Assembly: GCA_963796285.1 (NCBI GenBank)
Contig: CAWCKW010000012.1
Coordinates: 64,001-128,000, forward strand
Length of the DNA stretch: 64,000 nt
Direction: 5' to 3'
DNA from: Nitrospirota bacterium
Lineage (GTDB): Bacteria; Nitrospirota; UBA9217
Part shown: in pieces, positions 49,259-60,353 of the stretch
Position numbering within the stretch: position 1 is the first letter of the stretch
How the letters are laid out: every line of letters begins with the position of its first letter
Notes under the pieces: model-generated
Told to the model about the DNA's origin: nothing
Seen by the model: the letters and a program-made list of their open reading frames with translations, nothing else
Database searches by the model: none
Program-made: the position numbers and the translations under genes

Positions 49259-51010
49259 ATGACAAGTGACTTGAGAAAAACGCGCAAAAACTGGAAGCCG
49301 TTCCTGCTGAAATTAACACCCGCCCGGATCGCGCTGCTCTATGCCGTGGCAGGTTGTCTGTGGATCGCGTTTTCAGACATAGCGCTCACTGCGCGTGTCC
49401 ATGACGTGTATATGATCACCCTGATCGCTTTGACGAAAGGCTGGTTGTACGTTGCCGTTACCGCGATCATTCTCTATCTGCTCATCCGGCGAGGCGAGGC
49501 GACCCTGCGCGAGAGCGAGATGAAGTTCCGCATGCTGGCGGATACGGCGGCCGCGGCGATCTTCATTTATCGGGACGCGACATTTCTCTCTGTCAACGCA
49601 ACGTCGCAGAAAATGACCGGATACTCGCAGGAGGAGCTGTTACGCATGAATTTCTGGGACGTGGTCCATCCTGATCATCGGGCCATGGTGCGGCAACGCG
49701 CTGTCGCCCGCTTGAGCGGCGACGACGTTGTTATGCGGTTTGAATTCAAAATTGTCACCAAACTCGGTGAGGAACGCTGGGTGGATTTCACGTCGGGCAT
49801 CATCGAGTTTGAGGGAAGACGAGCGGTGCTCGGTACGGCATATGACGTGACCGAGCGCAAAAAGCTTGAAGATCAGCTCCGACAGTCCCAAAAGATCGAG
49901 GCCGTCGGACAGCTCGCCGGCGGGGTGGCCCACGATTTTAATAATATCCTTACCGCGATCATAGGGTATGGACACATCATAAAAATGAAACTGCCGGAAC
50001 ACGATCCTCTCCGCTCCTATGTTGATCAGATATTGACGTCCGCGGAACGGGCGGCGAATCTCACCAGCGGGCTCCTTGCTTTCAGCAGAAAACAAGTCAT
50101 TCAGCCGCATCCGGTGAATATAGATGAAATTATCACACGTGTGGGCCGCCTTCTCACGCGACTTATTGGAGAGGACATCGAGTTGAACATGAAACTGGGC
50201 TGCGGGGAGACTGCGATCCTTGCGGACCCGGGTCAGATAGAACTGGTGCTTATGAACCTGGCGACCAATGCGCGGGACGCCATGCCGGACGGCGGGGCGC
50301 TGACCATTACAACGGGCCGAGTGGAACTGGATCGGGACTTTATCGATACCTACGGTTTCGGCGTTGCCGGGTCCTATGCGCTGATATCCGCGACGGATAC
50401 GGGTGTCGGTATGGACCAGAAGACGCAGGACCGCATCTTCGAGCCTTTTTTCACGACCAAGGAGGTCGGCAAGGGTACCGGACTCGGCATGGCCGTCGTC
50501 TACGGGATCATCAAACAGCACGAAGGTTATATCACCGTTTACAGCGAACCGGGCAAAGGCACAACATATAAAATATACCTGCCTATGACCCAGGCGACGA
50601 TCGAGCAAAAGAGAACGTTGAAAACGGCCGACGCGTCGGGCGGCTCTGAAACGATTCTCGTGGCCGAGGATGACGATGCGGTCAGGGGCCTCACCGTGAA
50701 GCTGTTGACGGAGGCGGGTTATCGGGTGATTGAAGCTTCGAATGGTGAGGAGGCGGTCCGAAAATATAAGGAACAAAAAGACGCGATACAACTCCTGGTG
50801 CTCGATGTGGTCATGCCGCGGAAAAACGGGAAAGAGGCATATGATGAGATATGTGGAATCCGGCCCGATATTAAGACGATCTTCATGAGCGGCTATGCGG
50901 GAGATGTTTTCGAAAGAAAGCATATTATCGGGGAGCGTTTCAACATCATCAGGAAGCCCGTGTCACCGTTGTCCTTGCTGCGTAAAGTGCGGAAAATCCT
51001 CGATGCCTGA
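49259..51010 (+). CDS. PAS hybrid sensor histidine kinase / response regulator
   Basis: Two TM helices, [35 protein letters not shown], receiver LDVVMP. Confidence 0.93.
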   Translation: MTSDLRKTRKNWKPFLLKLTPARIALLYAVAGCLWIAFSDIALTARVHDVYMITLIALTKGWLYVAVTAIILYLLIRRGEATLRESEMKFRMLADTAAAAIFIYRDATFLSVNATSQKMTGYSQEELLRMNFWDVVHPDHRAMVRQRAVARLSGDDVVMRFEFKIVTKLGEERWVDFTSGIIEFEGRRAVLGTAYDVTERKKLEDQLRQSQKIEAVGQLAGGVAHDFNNILTAIIGYGHIIKMKLPEHDPLRSYVDQILTSAERAANLTSGLLAFSRKQVIQPHPVNIDEIITRVGRLLTRLIGEDIELNMKLGCGETAILADPGQIELVLMNLATNARDAMPDGGALTITTGRVELDRDFIDTYGFGVAGSYALISATDTGVGMDQKTQDRIFEPFFTTKEVGKGTGLGMAVVYGIIKQHEGYITVYSEPGKGTTYKIYLPMTQATIEQKRTLKTADASGGSETILVAEDDDAVRGLTVKLLTEAGYRVIEASNGEEAVRKYKEQKDAIQLLVLDVVMPRKNGKEAYDEICGIRPDIKTIFMSGYAGDVFERKHIIGERFNIIRKPVSPLSLLRKVRKILDA

Positions 51011-51051
51011 CCGGCGCGTAAAAAAACTTCATTGAACCGAAGGGAGAAGCC

Positions 51052-51450
51052 ATGAATTTCTTTACCTGGAAAGACAGCTTTGCCATCGGCATCGAAAAGA
51101 TCGACCAGCAACACAAGTTATTCCTCGAGTACTTGAACGAGTGCCACCAGCAGGCATCCCGCAACAGCAGCGCGGGGATTGATCCCCACCTTCATGATAA
51201 ACTCAAGGAATATGCAACCACGCACTTTCGTTTTGAAGAATCTTTGCTCCAGGCAAGGGGCTATCCCGATTTGGAATCCCATATGAAGCAGCACAAGTAC
51301 TTTGAATCGCAAATAGCGGAATTAGATGCCAAGCAATCCGGAGAGCGGGCGAGGACTTCCGAAAGCCTTTTTGTGTTTCTCAGGGACTGGTTCTTGCGTC
51401 ACATTTTGGAGGATGACAAGAAATTCGTACCCTTTATAAGTCAGGCATAA
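51052..51450 (+). CDS. bacteriohemerythrin
   Basis: W...F.IG...ID.QH, HF..EE, YP...H..QH, W...HI...D. Confidence 0.92.
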   Translation: MNFFTWKDSFAIGIEKIDQQHKLFLEYLNECHQQASRNSSAGIDPHLHDKLKEYATTHFRFEESLLQARGYPDLESHMKQHKYFESQIAELDAKQSGERARTSESLFVFLRDWFLRHILEDDKKFVPFISQA

Positions 51451-51602
51451 TGTCCATCAGAAGGCCACGAGCTGATCGTATGGCCTGTTCGGAATAATCG
51501 GCAAGCGAATTTTCGGGATGTTGTCGTACAAGTTGGGTTGCGAGGGCCCAAGCAGGATTTGTTTTATCGGGTAGCAGACAAAGAATTTTTCCAAAGAGAA
51601 TA

Positions 51603-51643
51603 AACAAACCGCCGGGGGCATGGTCCTCGGCGGTTTGTTATTT
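51603..51643. terminator. bidirectional terminator
   Basis: AACAAACCGCCG...CGGCGGTTTGTT between convergent genes. Confidence 0.75.
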
Positions 51644-51768
51644 CAGAAAGACATCCAACATTGCCTCTGGATTGATAGTATGTTCCGGAAGGCTCCGCTA
51701 CTTCTGTTCACGTCTGATCCCGGCTGTATAAGCCGTCATATCCACAGGCCCGGTTTCTTATCAGGCCT

Positions 51769-52968
51769 TCATCCGAACATGAACCTGACCAACCCCACGA
51801 TAAACACCAGCAGCACCGGTACATACATCAAGCGGTAGGTACCGGCCATGTCGGCCTTGAAATACTGGATCGTCAGCAGCAGGCAGAGGTGGGTGGGGGA
51901 GAGCATCACGCCGGCGAAGCCGCTTGCGAAGGCGAAGGTGACCGTGGTTGGGTCCGGGTGGCCGCCCATCATGGCCGTGATGATCGGGAAGGTGGCGCCG
52001 ACGAAACCGACGGTGAGGCCCGTCAACAGTCCGACGATGAAGGGAAGAGCGAACAGGACAACACCGGTCGGCAGACCGCTCTGTTTGAAGAACAACGGCA
52101 ACGCTTCGATAGCGCCGGATGCGTCGAGCATGCCCTTGAACACCAGGATGCCGACGACCATCAGCATGACATTGAACGAAACGCTTTCGCGGAGCGTGGT
52201 CCAAAGCTCGCTGATGGTGTACCGGAAGAACAGGAACATGGCGATCACGATCGATGCCATGGCAATGGCCAGCGGCAGTTTGAACACGACAACAAGGACA
52301 ATCGAGACAGTGATCGGCAGCAGGGACACGAAGAGCGCCTTGAACTCGTTCCAGTCCCGTTTTCCCGCAATGGTCCTGGCCGCTGTTCCCCGAAATCCGA
52401 GCAGCGCCCCGACGGCGATGACCGCGATCGGCAGCGGGAGCTGGGAAAGAAGCAGCTTGTTGACGGGGGTTTTCGTTATTGCGGCGGCAAGCACGATGCC
52501 GGGGTAGAGCGGCGAGATATATTCCCAGATGTGCCGGAACCAGTAATTGACGAAGGCCTTGTGTTCCGGTCTCATGTCCGCGTCAGCAGCCGCCTCCTGC
52601 ACCATGGGTGCGGAGAAGGCCGCTCCGCCTGCCGAGGGCAGGAGGCCGATCACGCCGGGCAGCACGGCCATGGCGATGCGGCGGTCCCTGGACACGTTCA
52701 CGACGGCCTCCATCAAGCGTTTGAGCACACCCCGCTTCCTGATGATGTTCTCGAGCACCATGATGAGAACGAGACCGGTCACGAGGTTGATCGTCACCAT
52801 ATCAATGCTGGAGGCGAAGATGACCTGCGCCTGTTTCATTGGTCCGATGAGATAGAGCGAACCGAGGAAGACGGCTCCCAACAACATCACGAGCCCGAGG
52901 TTCCAGCGGAGGCGGAGGAGGAGTACGATGAGCGCGAAGGAAGCGCCTATCTTTATCAGGTCCGTCAT
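51769..52968 (-). CDS. DUF401-family membrane protein
   Basis: IGLLPSAGGA.FSAP, NYWFRHIWE...PLYPG, SPTHLC; ATGA overlap with the TonB-like gene. Confidence 0.85.
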   Translation of the reverse strand: MTDLIKIGASFALIVLLLRLRWNLGLVMLLGAVFLGSLYLIGPMKQAQVIFASSIDMVTINLVTGLVLIMVLENIIRKRGVLKRLMEAVVNVSRDRRIAMAVLPGVIGLLPSAGGAAFSAPMVQEAAADADMRPEHKAFVNYWFRHIWEYISPLYPGIVLAAAITKTPVNKLLLSQLPLPIAVIAVGALLGFRGTAARTIAGKRDWNEFKALFVSLLPITVSIVLVVVFKLPLAIAMASIVIAMFLFFRYTISELWTTLRESVSFNVMLMVVGILVFKGMLDASGAIEALPLFFKQSGLPTGVVLFALPFIVGLLTGLTVGFVGATFPIITAMMGGHPDPTTVTFAFASGFAGVMLSPTHLCLLLTIQYFKADMAGTYRLMYVPVLLVFIVGLVRFMFG

Positions 52969-53786
52969 CTGATGTAGGTTGCGTTGAGGTAGAACAGCAC
53001 CGCCGCGCGGATGGAGTATTGCTTCATGTTCCACTCATCGGGGAGCGGTTGGAACGGCGCGGAGTCGCGGATCGAGCGGAGCGCCTCGTCGTCCAGGATC
53101 TTGTACCCCGACGATTTCAATACCTCCAGCCTGCCGAGGGAGCCGTCCTTCATAATGTCGAACAGGATGTAAAGCGTTCCCTGGTATCCGGATATTGCCG
53201 CAAGCTCGGGATAGTGGAGCACGCTCTCGACCTTGACCTTGAGCCAGCGGTTGTAGGACATGAATTTGAATTCGTCCGTATCGAGGGTGACGGAATCGTC
53301 ACCCGGTCTTTTTTCGGGCATGCCCTTGCGCGCGAGTTCATCGATGTCATTCTGGCTTAGGAAGGGGAGCGGACCGGTCCCTAGATGCTGCTGTTCCCCT
53401 GACTTGCCTGTGTCCTTGCCAGTTTCCTTGCCCTGCTCCGCTCCCCCGGGCACACCGGTTCGCGGGACAGTCTTCGGAAGCTTGACCTCCTCGCTGGTGC
53501 CGAATTTTTTTGGCATGGGCACGGCGCTGGGAGGCAGGGGTTTCTCAGGAATAAACCGTTCCGGAACAGGCGGCGCGGGAGGAACCGGTACGGGAGGAAC
53601 CGGTGTCGGCCGATTCAGCTGCGGCAACTGCTTCACCGCCTGCGGCGGCAGGTTCACGATTTGGATCGGCGTGATCAGGGGCCTCTCCGGTAGTGCCGGT
53701 TTTATCATGAACACGAGCGCGATGACCAGCGCATGAAGTGCGAGGGAGGCGGTGAGAAATAACGTGAGGTGTAAACGAGGGTGCAT
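52965..53786 (-). CDS. TonB-family energy transducer
   Basis: N-terminal TM with SLALH, Pro-rich linker, YP..A...G.QG, SSGYKILDDEAL..IR..APF. Confidence 0.88.
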   Translation of the reverse strand: MHPRLHLTLFLTASLALHALVIALVFMIKPALPERPLITPIQIVNLPPQAVKQLPQLNRPTPVPPVPVPPAPPVPERFIPEKPLPPSAVPMPKKFGTSEEVKLPKTVPRTGVPGGAEQGKETGKDTGKSGEQQHLGTGPLPFLSQNDIDELARKGMPEKRPGDDSVTLDTDEFKFMSYNRWLKVKVESVLHYPELAAISGYQGTLYILFDIMKDGSLGRLEVLKSSGYKILDDEALRSIRDSAPFQPLPDEWNMKQYSIRAAVLFYLNATYIR

Positions 53787-53824
53787 GAGATGTAATTAGA
53801 GATCGTCCATAGAACTCCTATGCC

Positions 53825-53897
53825 GTCATGCCGGACTTGATCCGGCATCCAGAGATCTTATTGCAATACGCTGGATTCCTGCTTCCGCAGGAATGAC
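53825..53897. repeat. REP/RPE-like double-hairpin palindromic element
   Basis: GTCATGCCGGACTTGATCCGGCATCCAG ... CTGGATTCCTGCTTCCGCAGGAATGAC. Confidence 0.8.
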
Positions 53898-53925
53898 GAA
53901 CTAAGAGTTTTTTCTGCTGAACTTT

Positions 53926-54972
53926 TCAGGAAGCAGCCTTTTGCATTCTCTTCGATACTTCACTGAGCAGCTTCAGGATCGCCTCTGCTTTTTCAGGCGT
54001 CAGGCTGCCCATGCCGCAGGAGGGGGTGATGAGACATTGCCGAAGGATCGTTGCACGCTCTACACCTTCTTTTTCCAGCCGCTTCATACCCGCTTCGAGC
54101 TTGTTCATCAGCTGGTCCGCGGTCTCGCTTCCCGTAAACGCGCCCGTGGGCACCACACCCCAGGCGAGCGCACCGCCCCGGGTGAAGAATTTCTTGATGT
54201 CACCGGGGTAGAGCATCACCTTTTCCATATATCCAAAGGCGTCAAAGTTCACGATGTCCACCCTGGTATTGAATATCATGGGCCAGTCCGCGTTGCCGCA
54301 GCAGTGAATGCCGGCGATGCCGCCGAGTTCGTGGATCGTGTCGATGATCTCGTTCAGTTTTTCCGCCACGACTTCGGACGATACGGCTGAAAAGGCGGAG
54401 CCGAGCGACTCCATGGCAGGCTCGTCGATGAAGATGATGATCGGCTTGCCGAACTGCTTCAGCTCCTGGATCTGCCACGCCGCCTTCATGGCGAGCCCCT
54501 TGACCACGGCGTCGAAGAGCAGCTCATTATGAATGATGTCTTTGCCGGTCTCATCCTTGAAGGAGATCCCGGCAGTGAGGGGCCCGGTGATGTGGCCTTT
54601 AAGATACCGCGTTTCCGGGGGAAGTCCATTTTTCAGCGCGCGGACAAAGGCAGTGAACCCGGGAGCATACTCCTCGGTCATCCTGAAGAACCCATAATCC
54701 TTCTCCAGGTACCTCTCGAAGAATTTTTCAAGGGCAGGGGTCAGGTCCCGTGACGTGTCGAAATAAACCCGTTTTTTCACGTCGTCTATAATGAGCCCCG
54801 GCAGGGTCTCGCTGAACTGTGCGTCCATGTGCTCGCGGAAATCCCGCTGGGGGAGCTGGGGCCAGATCGGCGCTTCAGGAAGGTACTGAAGCGACAGGGC
54901 CGCGGCCTGGTCAGCGTCCGTGATCGGCAGGCTGCCGATGCCGGTGGCGATGCAGTTAAAACAGGGGTTCAT
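53926..54972 (-). CDS. single-domain (core) MetE-like methionine synthase family protein
   Basis: TGIGSLP, WPQLP, KGHITGPLT, FIDEP, Zn-ligand motifs GIHCC and TPSCG; no folate-binding N-terminal half. Confidence 0.75.
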   Translation of the reverse strand: MNPCFNCIATGIGSLPITDADQAAALSLQYLPEAPIWPQLPQRDFREHMDAQFSETLPGLIIDDVKKRVYFDTSRDLTPALEKFFERYLEKDYGFFRMTEEYAPGFTAFVRALKNGLPPETRYLKGHITGPLTAGISFKDETGKDIIHNELLFDAVVKGLAMKAAWQIQELKQFGKPIIIFIDEPAMESLGSAFSAVSSEVVAEKLNEIIDTIHELGGIAGIHCCGNADWPMIFNTRVDIVNFDAFGYMEKVMLYPGDIKKFFTRGGALAWGVVPTGAFTGSETADQLMNKLEAGMKRLEKEGVERATILRQCLITPSCGMGSLTPEKAEAILKLLSEVSKRMQKAAS

Positions 54973-55177
54973 TCCAATCCTTTCCGTTTCCTTGAATGAT
55001 GCGGTATCGGTAATTATATATTCTCAGCCGGGGAAAAAGCAACTTAAAATAATCATCCTGCCGCTTCGCTGAATGGTTGCCTCCGGTAACTCGATCGTGA
55101 ACAGACCTCAAGTAATGATAAGAGTGTCTTAAACAAGGGCAACTTTCATCTTTACAGAAAATAGGAAACTCTGTAGA

Positions 55178-55546
55178 ATGCAGTCCATGAAATACGGGAC
55201 CAAGGCGATCAAACACGCCAAACTCGAGCTGTGGCCCAATCCCAGCCCTGACCGGGACTATTGCATAGACATCTCTTTCCCTGAATTCACCTGTCTCTGC
55301 CCGCGCTCGGGATATCCTGACTTTGCCTTGATCAGGATCTCCTATACGCCGGACGAAAAAGTCGTGGAACTGAAAGCCCTGAAGCTCTACCTGAACAGCT
55401 TCCGTGACCAGAGCATCTCTCACGAGGCCGTGACAAACCTGATCTTCGACGTGCTCAAGAAGAACCTTAAACCGCGCGCCCTGGAAGTGATCGGCGATTT
55501 CAACGCGCGGGGCAATGTGAAGACCGTGATCCGGGTCGCGATGTAG
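55178..55546 (+). CDS. queF: NADPH-dependent preQ0 reductase
   Basis: [37 protein letters not shown]. Confidence 0.95.
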   Translation: MQSMKYGTKAIKHAKLELWPNPSPDRDYCIDISFPEFTCLCPRSGYPDFALIRISYTPDEKVVELKALKLYLNSFRDQSISHEAVTNLIFDVLKKNLKPRALEVIGDFNARGNVKTVIRVAM

Positions 55547-55801
55547 CTCCTGTGAGAAAAACGCGCTATGGATTGAACCGCAGAGACCACGGAGGAATGC
55601 CCTGTGTTCTCAACGGACTCAACAATAAGAAGACTATTCTTGAAGATGTGAAGAATGCAGAAAACAAAATAGATGCTGGTGTAAGAGGACACAGAGGGAG
55701 AGGCGAGTAAAAAGCCTTAACCATGGCAAGATTTAAAGATTTCTCTGTGTGCCCTGTGGTTAATTCTTGATATTACGAAATCAGAAACAGAGGAGAATGT
55801 T

Positions 55802-56152
55802 ATGTTTGGCCTTGGATTGCCGGAACTCATTGTTATCTTCGTCATCGCCCTCGTGGTCTTCGGACCCAAGAAACTGCCTGACCTCGGCAAATCTATCGGA
55901 CGCGCCATGGCCGAGTTTAAAAAGGCGCAGCAGGAATTCCAGGACTCCGTGCAGGCCGAGATGAAAGAGGTGGAGAAGACCACCAATCTGGAAGAGCTTA
56001 AAAAGCTCGGTACGCTCGATGGTCTGTCAGCGTACAAAGGGGCTGATGAGTCAAAGCCCGTTGAAGCGCAGGGGGCCGAGAAAAAGACCGACCAGGCGCC
56101 TGAAGAAAAGCCGGAGCAGAAAAATGGCGGGGGGGCGACCGGGAATGGCTGA
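55802..56152 (+). CDS. tatA: twin-arginine translocase TatA/TatB subunit
   Basis: MFGLGLPELIVI..IALVVFGPKKLPDLGKSIGRAMAEFKKA. Confidence 0.88.
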   Translation: MFGLGLPELIVIFVIALVVFGPKKLPDLGKSIGRAMAEFKKAQQEFQDSVQAEMKEVEKTTNLEELKKLGTLDGLSAYKGADESKPVEAQGAEKKTDQAPEEKPEQKNGGGATGNG

Positions 56153-56945
56153 GGACGAGTTGCGGATGTCGTTCTGGAGCCATTTGACGGAACTCCGGAA
56201 AAGGATCGTTTATGCTGCAATCGCCATCGGAATAGGCTTCATCGTCTGCTTCAACTATTCAGAGAATATCCTCGGACTCTTGTTGTTGCCGATGAACTCA
56301 ACGATGACGTACCACGCATCGTTTCCCTTCCTGCATTTTGAACCCAACAAAACAAATCAGGACCTTTATTTTACCACGCTCATCGAGCCCATCATGTCGC
56401 ACCTGAAGATCGGGTTCATTGCCGGTATTATGCTCATGGTACCCGTTATTCTCTTCCAGGTGTGGAAGTTCATCTCGCCCGGTCTTTTGCCGCGAGAGCG
56501 GAAATATGCCGGCCAGTTCGTCTTCTTTGCGACGTTTTTTTTCTATGTCGGGGTCGTGTTCTGCTTCTTCCTGCTGCTGCCCTTCGCTGTCCCGTTCCTC
56601 ATCACCTATAAGACCGAGCACCTGAAAGCGATCATCAAGCTTGCGGACTACATCGACTTTACCCTGAAGTTCATGCTCGCCTCGGGTGCGGTGTTCGAGC
56701 TCCCCCTGGTCATGATCATCCTCGGCCGCATGGGCATCATCAATACGGATATCCTCACCAAATTCCGGAAGTATGCTTTCCTGGTTTCCTTCGTCATCGG
56801 CGGTATTGTTACACCTACACCCGATGTGTTCAATATGACGCTCATGTCCCTGCCTATATACCTTCTCTATGAGATCGGCATCCTTGGTGTGCGTTTCTTC
56901 GGCAGAAAAAAGAAGCCGGAGTCCAAGGACCTGACAGAGACATAG
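56145..56945 (+). CDS. tatC: twin-arginine translocase subunit TatC
   Basis: HLTELRKR, QVWKFISPGL..RE, FELP, TPTPD, LYE. Confidence 0.95.
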   Translation: MAEDELRMSFWSHLTELRKRIVYAAIAIGIGFIVCFNYSENILGLLLLPMNSTMTYHASFPFLHFEPNKTNQDLYFTTLIEPIMSHLKIGFIAGIMLMVPVILFQVWKFISPGLLPRERKYAGQFVFFATFFFYVGVVFCFFLLLPFAVPFLITYKTEHLKAIIKLADYIDFTLKFMLASGAVFELPLVMIILGRMGIINTDILTKFRKYAFLVSFVIGGIVTPTPDVFNMTLMSLPIYLLYEIGILGVRFFGRKKKPESKDLTET

Positions 56946-57068
56946 CAGGAACGCGGGTCTTCGGGATTGGAAATATAAGTGCATTTGTATCTATCCATGC
57001 TCATCCGCGTGAACCTCGTCGGGGATAGTCACCGCTAATGGGGTGACCCGGGGCAATCTTTTGAAGGG

Positions 57069-57566
57069 ATGTTCATGATCGTCGTATCATTCGTCGCCGC
57101 ATCATCGAACAGCGGCAAGACCACGCTCATCGAGAAGATCGTTCCCATTATCAAAGCACGCGGTCTGCGGGTGGCGGTGATCAAACATGCCTCGGGCGGG
57201 TTCGACCTCGACAAACCCGGCAAGGACTCGTGGCGGTTTCAGCAGGCCGGAGCGGACTCCGTCATTCTTGTGGGGCCAGACAGAGTGGCGCTGATGAAGA
57301 AGATCGAGCATGCGCCGTCCCCTGAAGAACTTGAACTGCTTGCCGGGGATGTTGATATCGCGTTGTATGAGGGATTCAAAGAGAGCGCGAAGAATAAAAT
57401 CGAGGTATTTCGCCATGGCGTCTCCGGAGAATACCCGCTTTCTCTGAAAGATCCTTCCTATCTTGCGTTGGTGAGCGACAAGCCGTTCAGGATTGCCACC
57501 CGGCAATTCGATATAAACGATCCGGAAGGTGTGGTGGAATTCATGTTGAGCAGTGCGGCGCATTGA
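57069..57566 (+). CDS. mobB: molybdopterin-guanine dinucleotide biosynthesis protein B
   Basis: SNSGKTTLIEK, VIKH, D.PGKDSWRF..AGA, EGFK. Confidence 0.92.
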   Translation: MFMIVVSFVAASSNSGKTTLIEKIVPIIKARGLRVAVIKHASGGFDLDKPGKDSWRFQQAGADSVILVGPDRVALMKKIEHAPSPEELELLAGDVDIALYEGFKESAKNKIEVFRHGVSGEYPLSLKDPSYLALVSDKPFRIATRQFDINDPEGVVEFMLSSAAH

Positions 57567-57731
57567 GCGAACTACTCACGCAAATTCCAGTTATCATATA
57601 ATGTTCACTTCTAATTTATCTCCCTGTGTAAACGTTTTCCATTGACTTTCAGCGTGGTTTTGCATATTTTAGGGGGTGCATTTTATGTTTAGAAATCTTT
57701 CCGTGTAATTCTTATATCGAAAGGATTAGGC

Positions 57732-59015
57732 ATGTCAGGAGCGAGATCCAGAAAACTGTTCGAAGAGGCGAAGAAGCATATTCCCGGCGGTGTGAACAGC
57801 CCGGTGCGGGCATTCCGCTCCGTGGGCGGCGAGCCGCTCTTTATCAAAAAAGCAAAAGGATCGAAGATCTACGACGCCGACAATAAGGAATACATCGATT
57901 ACGTTCTGTCCTGGGGTCCGATGATATTGGGGCATACGCATCCGAAGGTGACCGCGGCGCTCAAAAAAGCTGTGGCCAATGGCACGAGCTTCGGCGCGCC
58001 CACGGAACTTGAGATCACCCTCGCGAAGATGGTCAAAAAGGCCGTCCCCTCCATCGAGATGGTGCGCATGGTGAGTTCCGGTACCGAGGCCACGATGAGC
58101 GCGATCCGTGCAGCGCGGGGCTTTACCGGCCGCGACAAGATACTCAAGTTCGACGGCTGCTATCACGGTCATGCCGACAGCCTGCTCGTGAAGGCAGGGA
58201 GCGGCGTGGCGACCTTTGGTCTTCCCGACAGTCCTGGTGTTCCCGCTGACCTCGCAAGACTTACGCTAACTGTGGCGTACAACGACCTTGCCGCGGTCAA
58301 GGATATGGCGGTCCGCGAGGGCCAGCGGATAGCCTGCATCATCGTTGAACCCGTCGCGGGCAACATGGGCTGTGTGCCGCCGGAGCCGGGGTTCCTGCAG
58401 GGCCTGCGCGAGATCTGCGACAAGTACGGCATCGTGCTTATTTTTGACGAAGTGATGACCGGCTTCCGTGTTGCCTACGGCGGCGCACAGCAGCTCTACA
58501 AGATTAAACCCGATATGACCTGCCTCGGCAAGGTGATCGGCGGCGGACTTCCAGTCGGAGCTTTTGGCGGCAAGCGCGAGATCATGGAGAAGCTCGCGCC
58601 AGTGGGCCCCATTTACCAAGCCGGAACGCTTTCCGGCAATCCCCTTGCCATGACGGCCGGTATCGAGACCCTGAAACTGCTTTCAAAGCCAGGGATCTAC
58701 AAGACACTCGAAAAGAATGCGGCGGACCTCGAAAAGGGACTTAGCACCGCGGCAGCGGAGGCAGGGGTGTCGACAACGTTCAACAGGGTCGGCTCGATGT
58801 TCACTTGTTTCTTTACCGACAGGAAGGTAAAGGACTTTGAGAGCGCCAAGACCTCGGACACTACGCGGTTCGGCAAGTACTTCCTGTCCATGCTCAAGAA
58901 TGGCGTCAACCTTGCCCCTTCTCAGTTCGAGGCCGCCTTCCTGTCCCTGGCCCATACGAAAGCGGACATCAACAAGACGATCGAAGCAGCGAGGAAAAGC
59001 CTGAAAGGTCCGTAA
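57732..59015 (+). CDS. hemL: glutamate-1-semialdehyde 2,1-aminomutase
   Basis: [52 protein letters not shown]. Confidence 0.97.
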   Translation: MSGARSRKLFEEAKKHIPGGVNSPVRAFRSVGGEPLFIKKAKGSKIYDADNKEYIDYVLSWGPMILGHTHPKVTAALKKAVANGTSFGAPTELEITLAKMVKKAVPSIEMVRMVSSGTEATMSAIRAARGFTGRDKILKFDGCYHGHADSLLVKAGSGVATFGLPDSPGVPADLARLTLTVAYNDLAAVKDMAVREGQRIACIIVEPVAGNMGCVPPEPGFLQGLREICDKYGIVLIFDEVMTGFRVAYGGAQQLYKIKPDMTCLGKVIGGGLPVGAFGGKREIMEKLAPVGPIYQAGTLSGNPLAMTAGIETLKLLSKPGIYKTLEKNAADLEKGLSTAAAEAGVSTTFNRVGSMFTCFFTDRKVKDFESAKTSDTTRFGKYFLSMLKNGVNLAPSQFEAAFLSLAHTKADINKTIEAARKSLKGP

Positions 59016-59130
59016 GTTTTTTTATTTCTACGGAGGGCGCGGAGGAAGCCGGAATTTAAGATTTAAAATTCCCACTTCAAGCTTTTATCACTCTGCGTTG
59101 TCTTCGAAGTTTGCGGATGCGTAATTCGTC

Positions 59131-59385
59131 ATGGAAGAAAAGGACCGTAAGCTTATCCGTATGATCGGTGTGCTGAGCACCGTGGGGCTGACACTCGTGT
59201 TCGCCACGGTGATAGGCCTCTACCTGGGGATCAAGCTGGATGCATGGCTTGGTACGTCTCCCTGGTTCACCGCGGTATTCCTCTTTCTCGGGATCGCAGC
59301 AGGATTCAGAAATCTGTTCGTCTATTCCAAACGAAGCCAGGAAACGCTCAATGAGAACGACAAGGACAAGAAGGACAATACATGA
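59131..59385 (+). CDS. AtpZ/AtpI-family small membrane protein
   Basis: G..LD.WLGTSPW...FL.LGIAAGFRN. Confidence 0.85.
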   Translation: MEEKDRKLIRMIGVLSTVGLTLVFATVIGLYLGIKLDAWLGTSPWFTAVFLFLGIAAGFRNLFVYSKRSQETLNENDKDKKDNT

Positions 59386-59852
59386 CCGCTGATGAAACGC
59401 AGATCCGACAACAGGCCGTGGATGCCATCCTCAAAGGCGTGGCCAAAAAAACCGCGATCATCGTTTCTTTTGGTTCAGCGTGCACCGTGGTCTTCGCGTT
59501 GGTCCAGAAGACCGCGCAGCCCTGGTGGCTCCTTCCCGCGAGCGTTCTCTTCGGCGGTATGCTCGGGCTGTTGAACTTCCGATGGATCGCCATCGCCGTG
59601 CAGCGGGTTTATCTGCGGCAAGGCGCAACGCCGGTGAGTTCGAACCTTGCGGCGGTCATTATCAGTATGCTGAAACTTTCTCTTATCTTCATTATTCTCT
59701 TCATTGTTATTAAATGGCAGTTGCTCCAGGTCTTCGGACTGGTAGGCGGCCTTTCGCTCAGTTTTCTTGCAATCCTTTGGGAAGGCGCAACGATGATGAA
59801 AAAGACGCTCAACACCGGTGAAAAGTCCGAGTACCAGGCAATGAAAAAATAG
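59382..59852 (+). CDS. atpI: ATP synthase protein I-like membrane protein
   Basis: Four TM helices, GG.LGLLNF.W motif; translationally coupled to the upstream gene. Confidence 0.75.
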   Translation: MTADETQIRQQAVDAILKGVAKKTAIIVSFGSACTVVFALVQKTAQPWWLLPASVLFGGMLGLLNFRWIAIAVQRVYLRQGATPVSSNLAAVIISMLKLSLIFIILFIVIKWQLLQVFGLVGGLSLSFLAILWEGATMMKKTLNTGEKSEYQAMKK

Positions 59853-59882
59853 CAGGAAAAAATTCAGGGGAGGAGAGTGTGT

Positions 59883-60353
59883 ATGAAGAATCATGTTTTG
59901 AGACCGCTTTTTGCGGTCATCGGTATCGTCATACTGATACTGCTGGCCCGAATGGTACTGGTCCCAAAAGATTTCGGCGTGCATGAGCGCGGTTACATGT
60001 ACGGCTGGCACCGGCGGGGGAACGAACAAGACTGGAAAAATTTCAAGGTAAAATACCAGGGCAAGGAATACTGCAAGGACTGTCATCCCGACAAGTATGA
60101 CAGCATAAACAAAACTCCGCACAGGATCATTCAGTGTGAGAACTGCCACGGTCCCGCGATCGACCATCCGTCGGACCCGCCCAAGCTCACGATCGACAAA
60201 AGCAGGGCACTCTGCCTGCGGTGCCATTTTCCGCTGGCTTATCCTTCAAGCGGACGGTCGAAGATCAGGGGGATCGATCCGGACAAGCATAATCCTGATA
60301 TTGAATGTTCGACCTGTCACAACCCGCATAATCCGATGGAGGGCCTGAGATGA
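59883..60353 (+). CDS. membrane-anchored tetraheme cytochrome c
   Basis: CKDCH, CENCH, CLRCH, CSTCH. Confidence 0.9.
   Translation: MKNHVLRPLFAVIGIVILILLARMVLVPKDFGVHERGYMYGWHRRGNEQDWKNFKVKYQGKEYCKDCHPDKYDSINKTPHRIIQCENCHGPAIDHPSDPPKLTIDKSRALCLRCHFPLAYPSSGRSKIRGIDPDKHNPDIECSTCHNPHNPMEGLR

Noticed and set aside
54975-55177. preQ1 riboswitch upstream of queF
   Set aside because: No recognisable preQ1 stem-loop with the conserved loop and A-rich tail.
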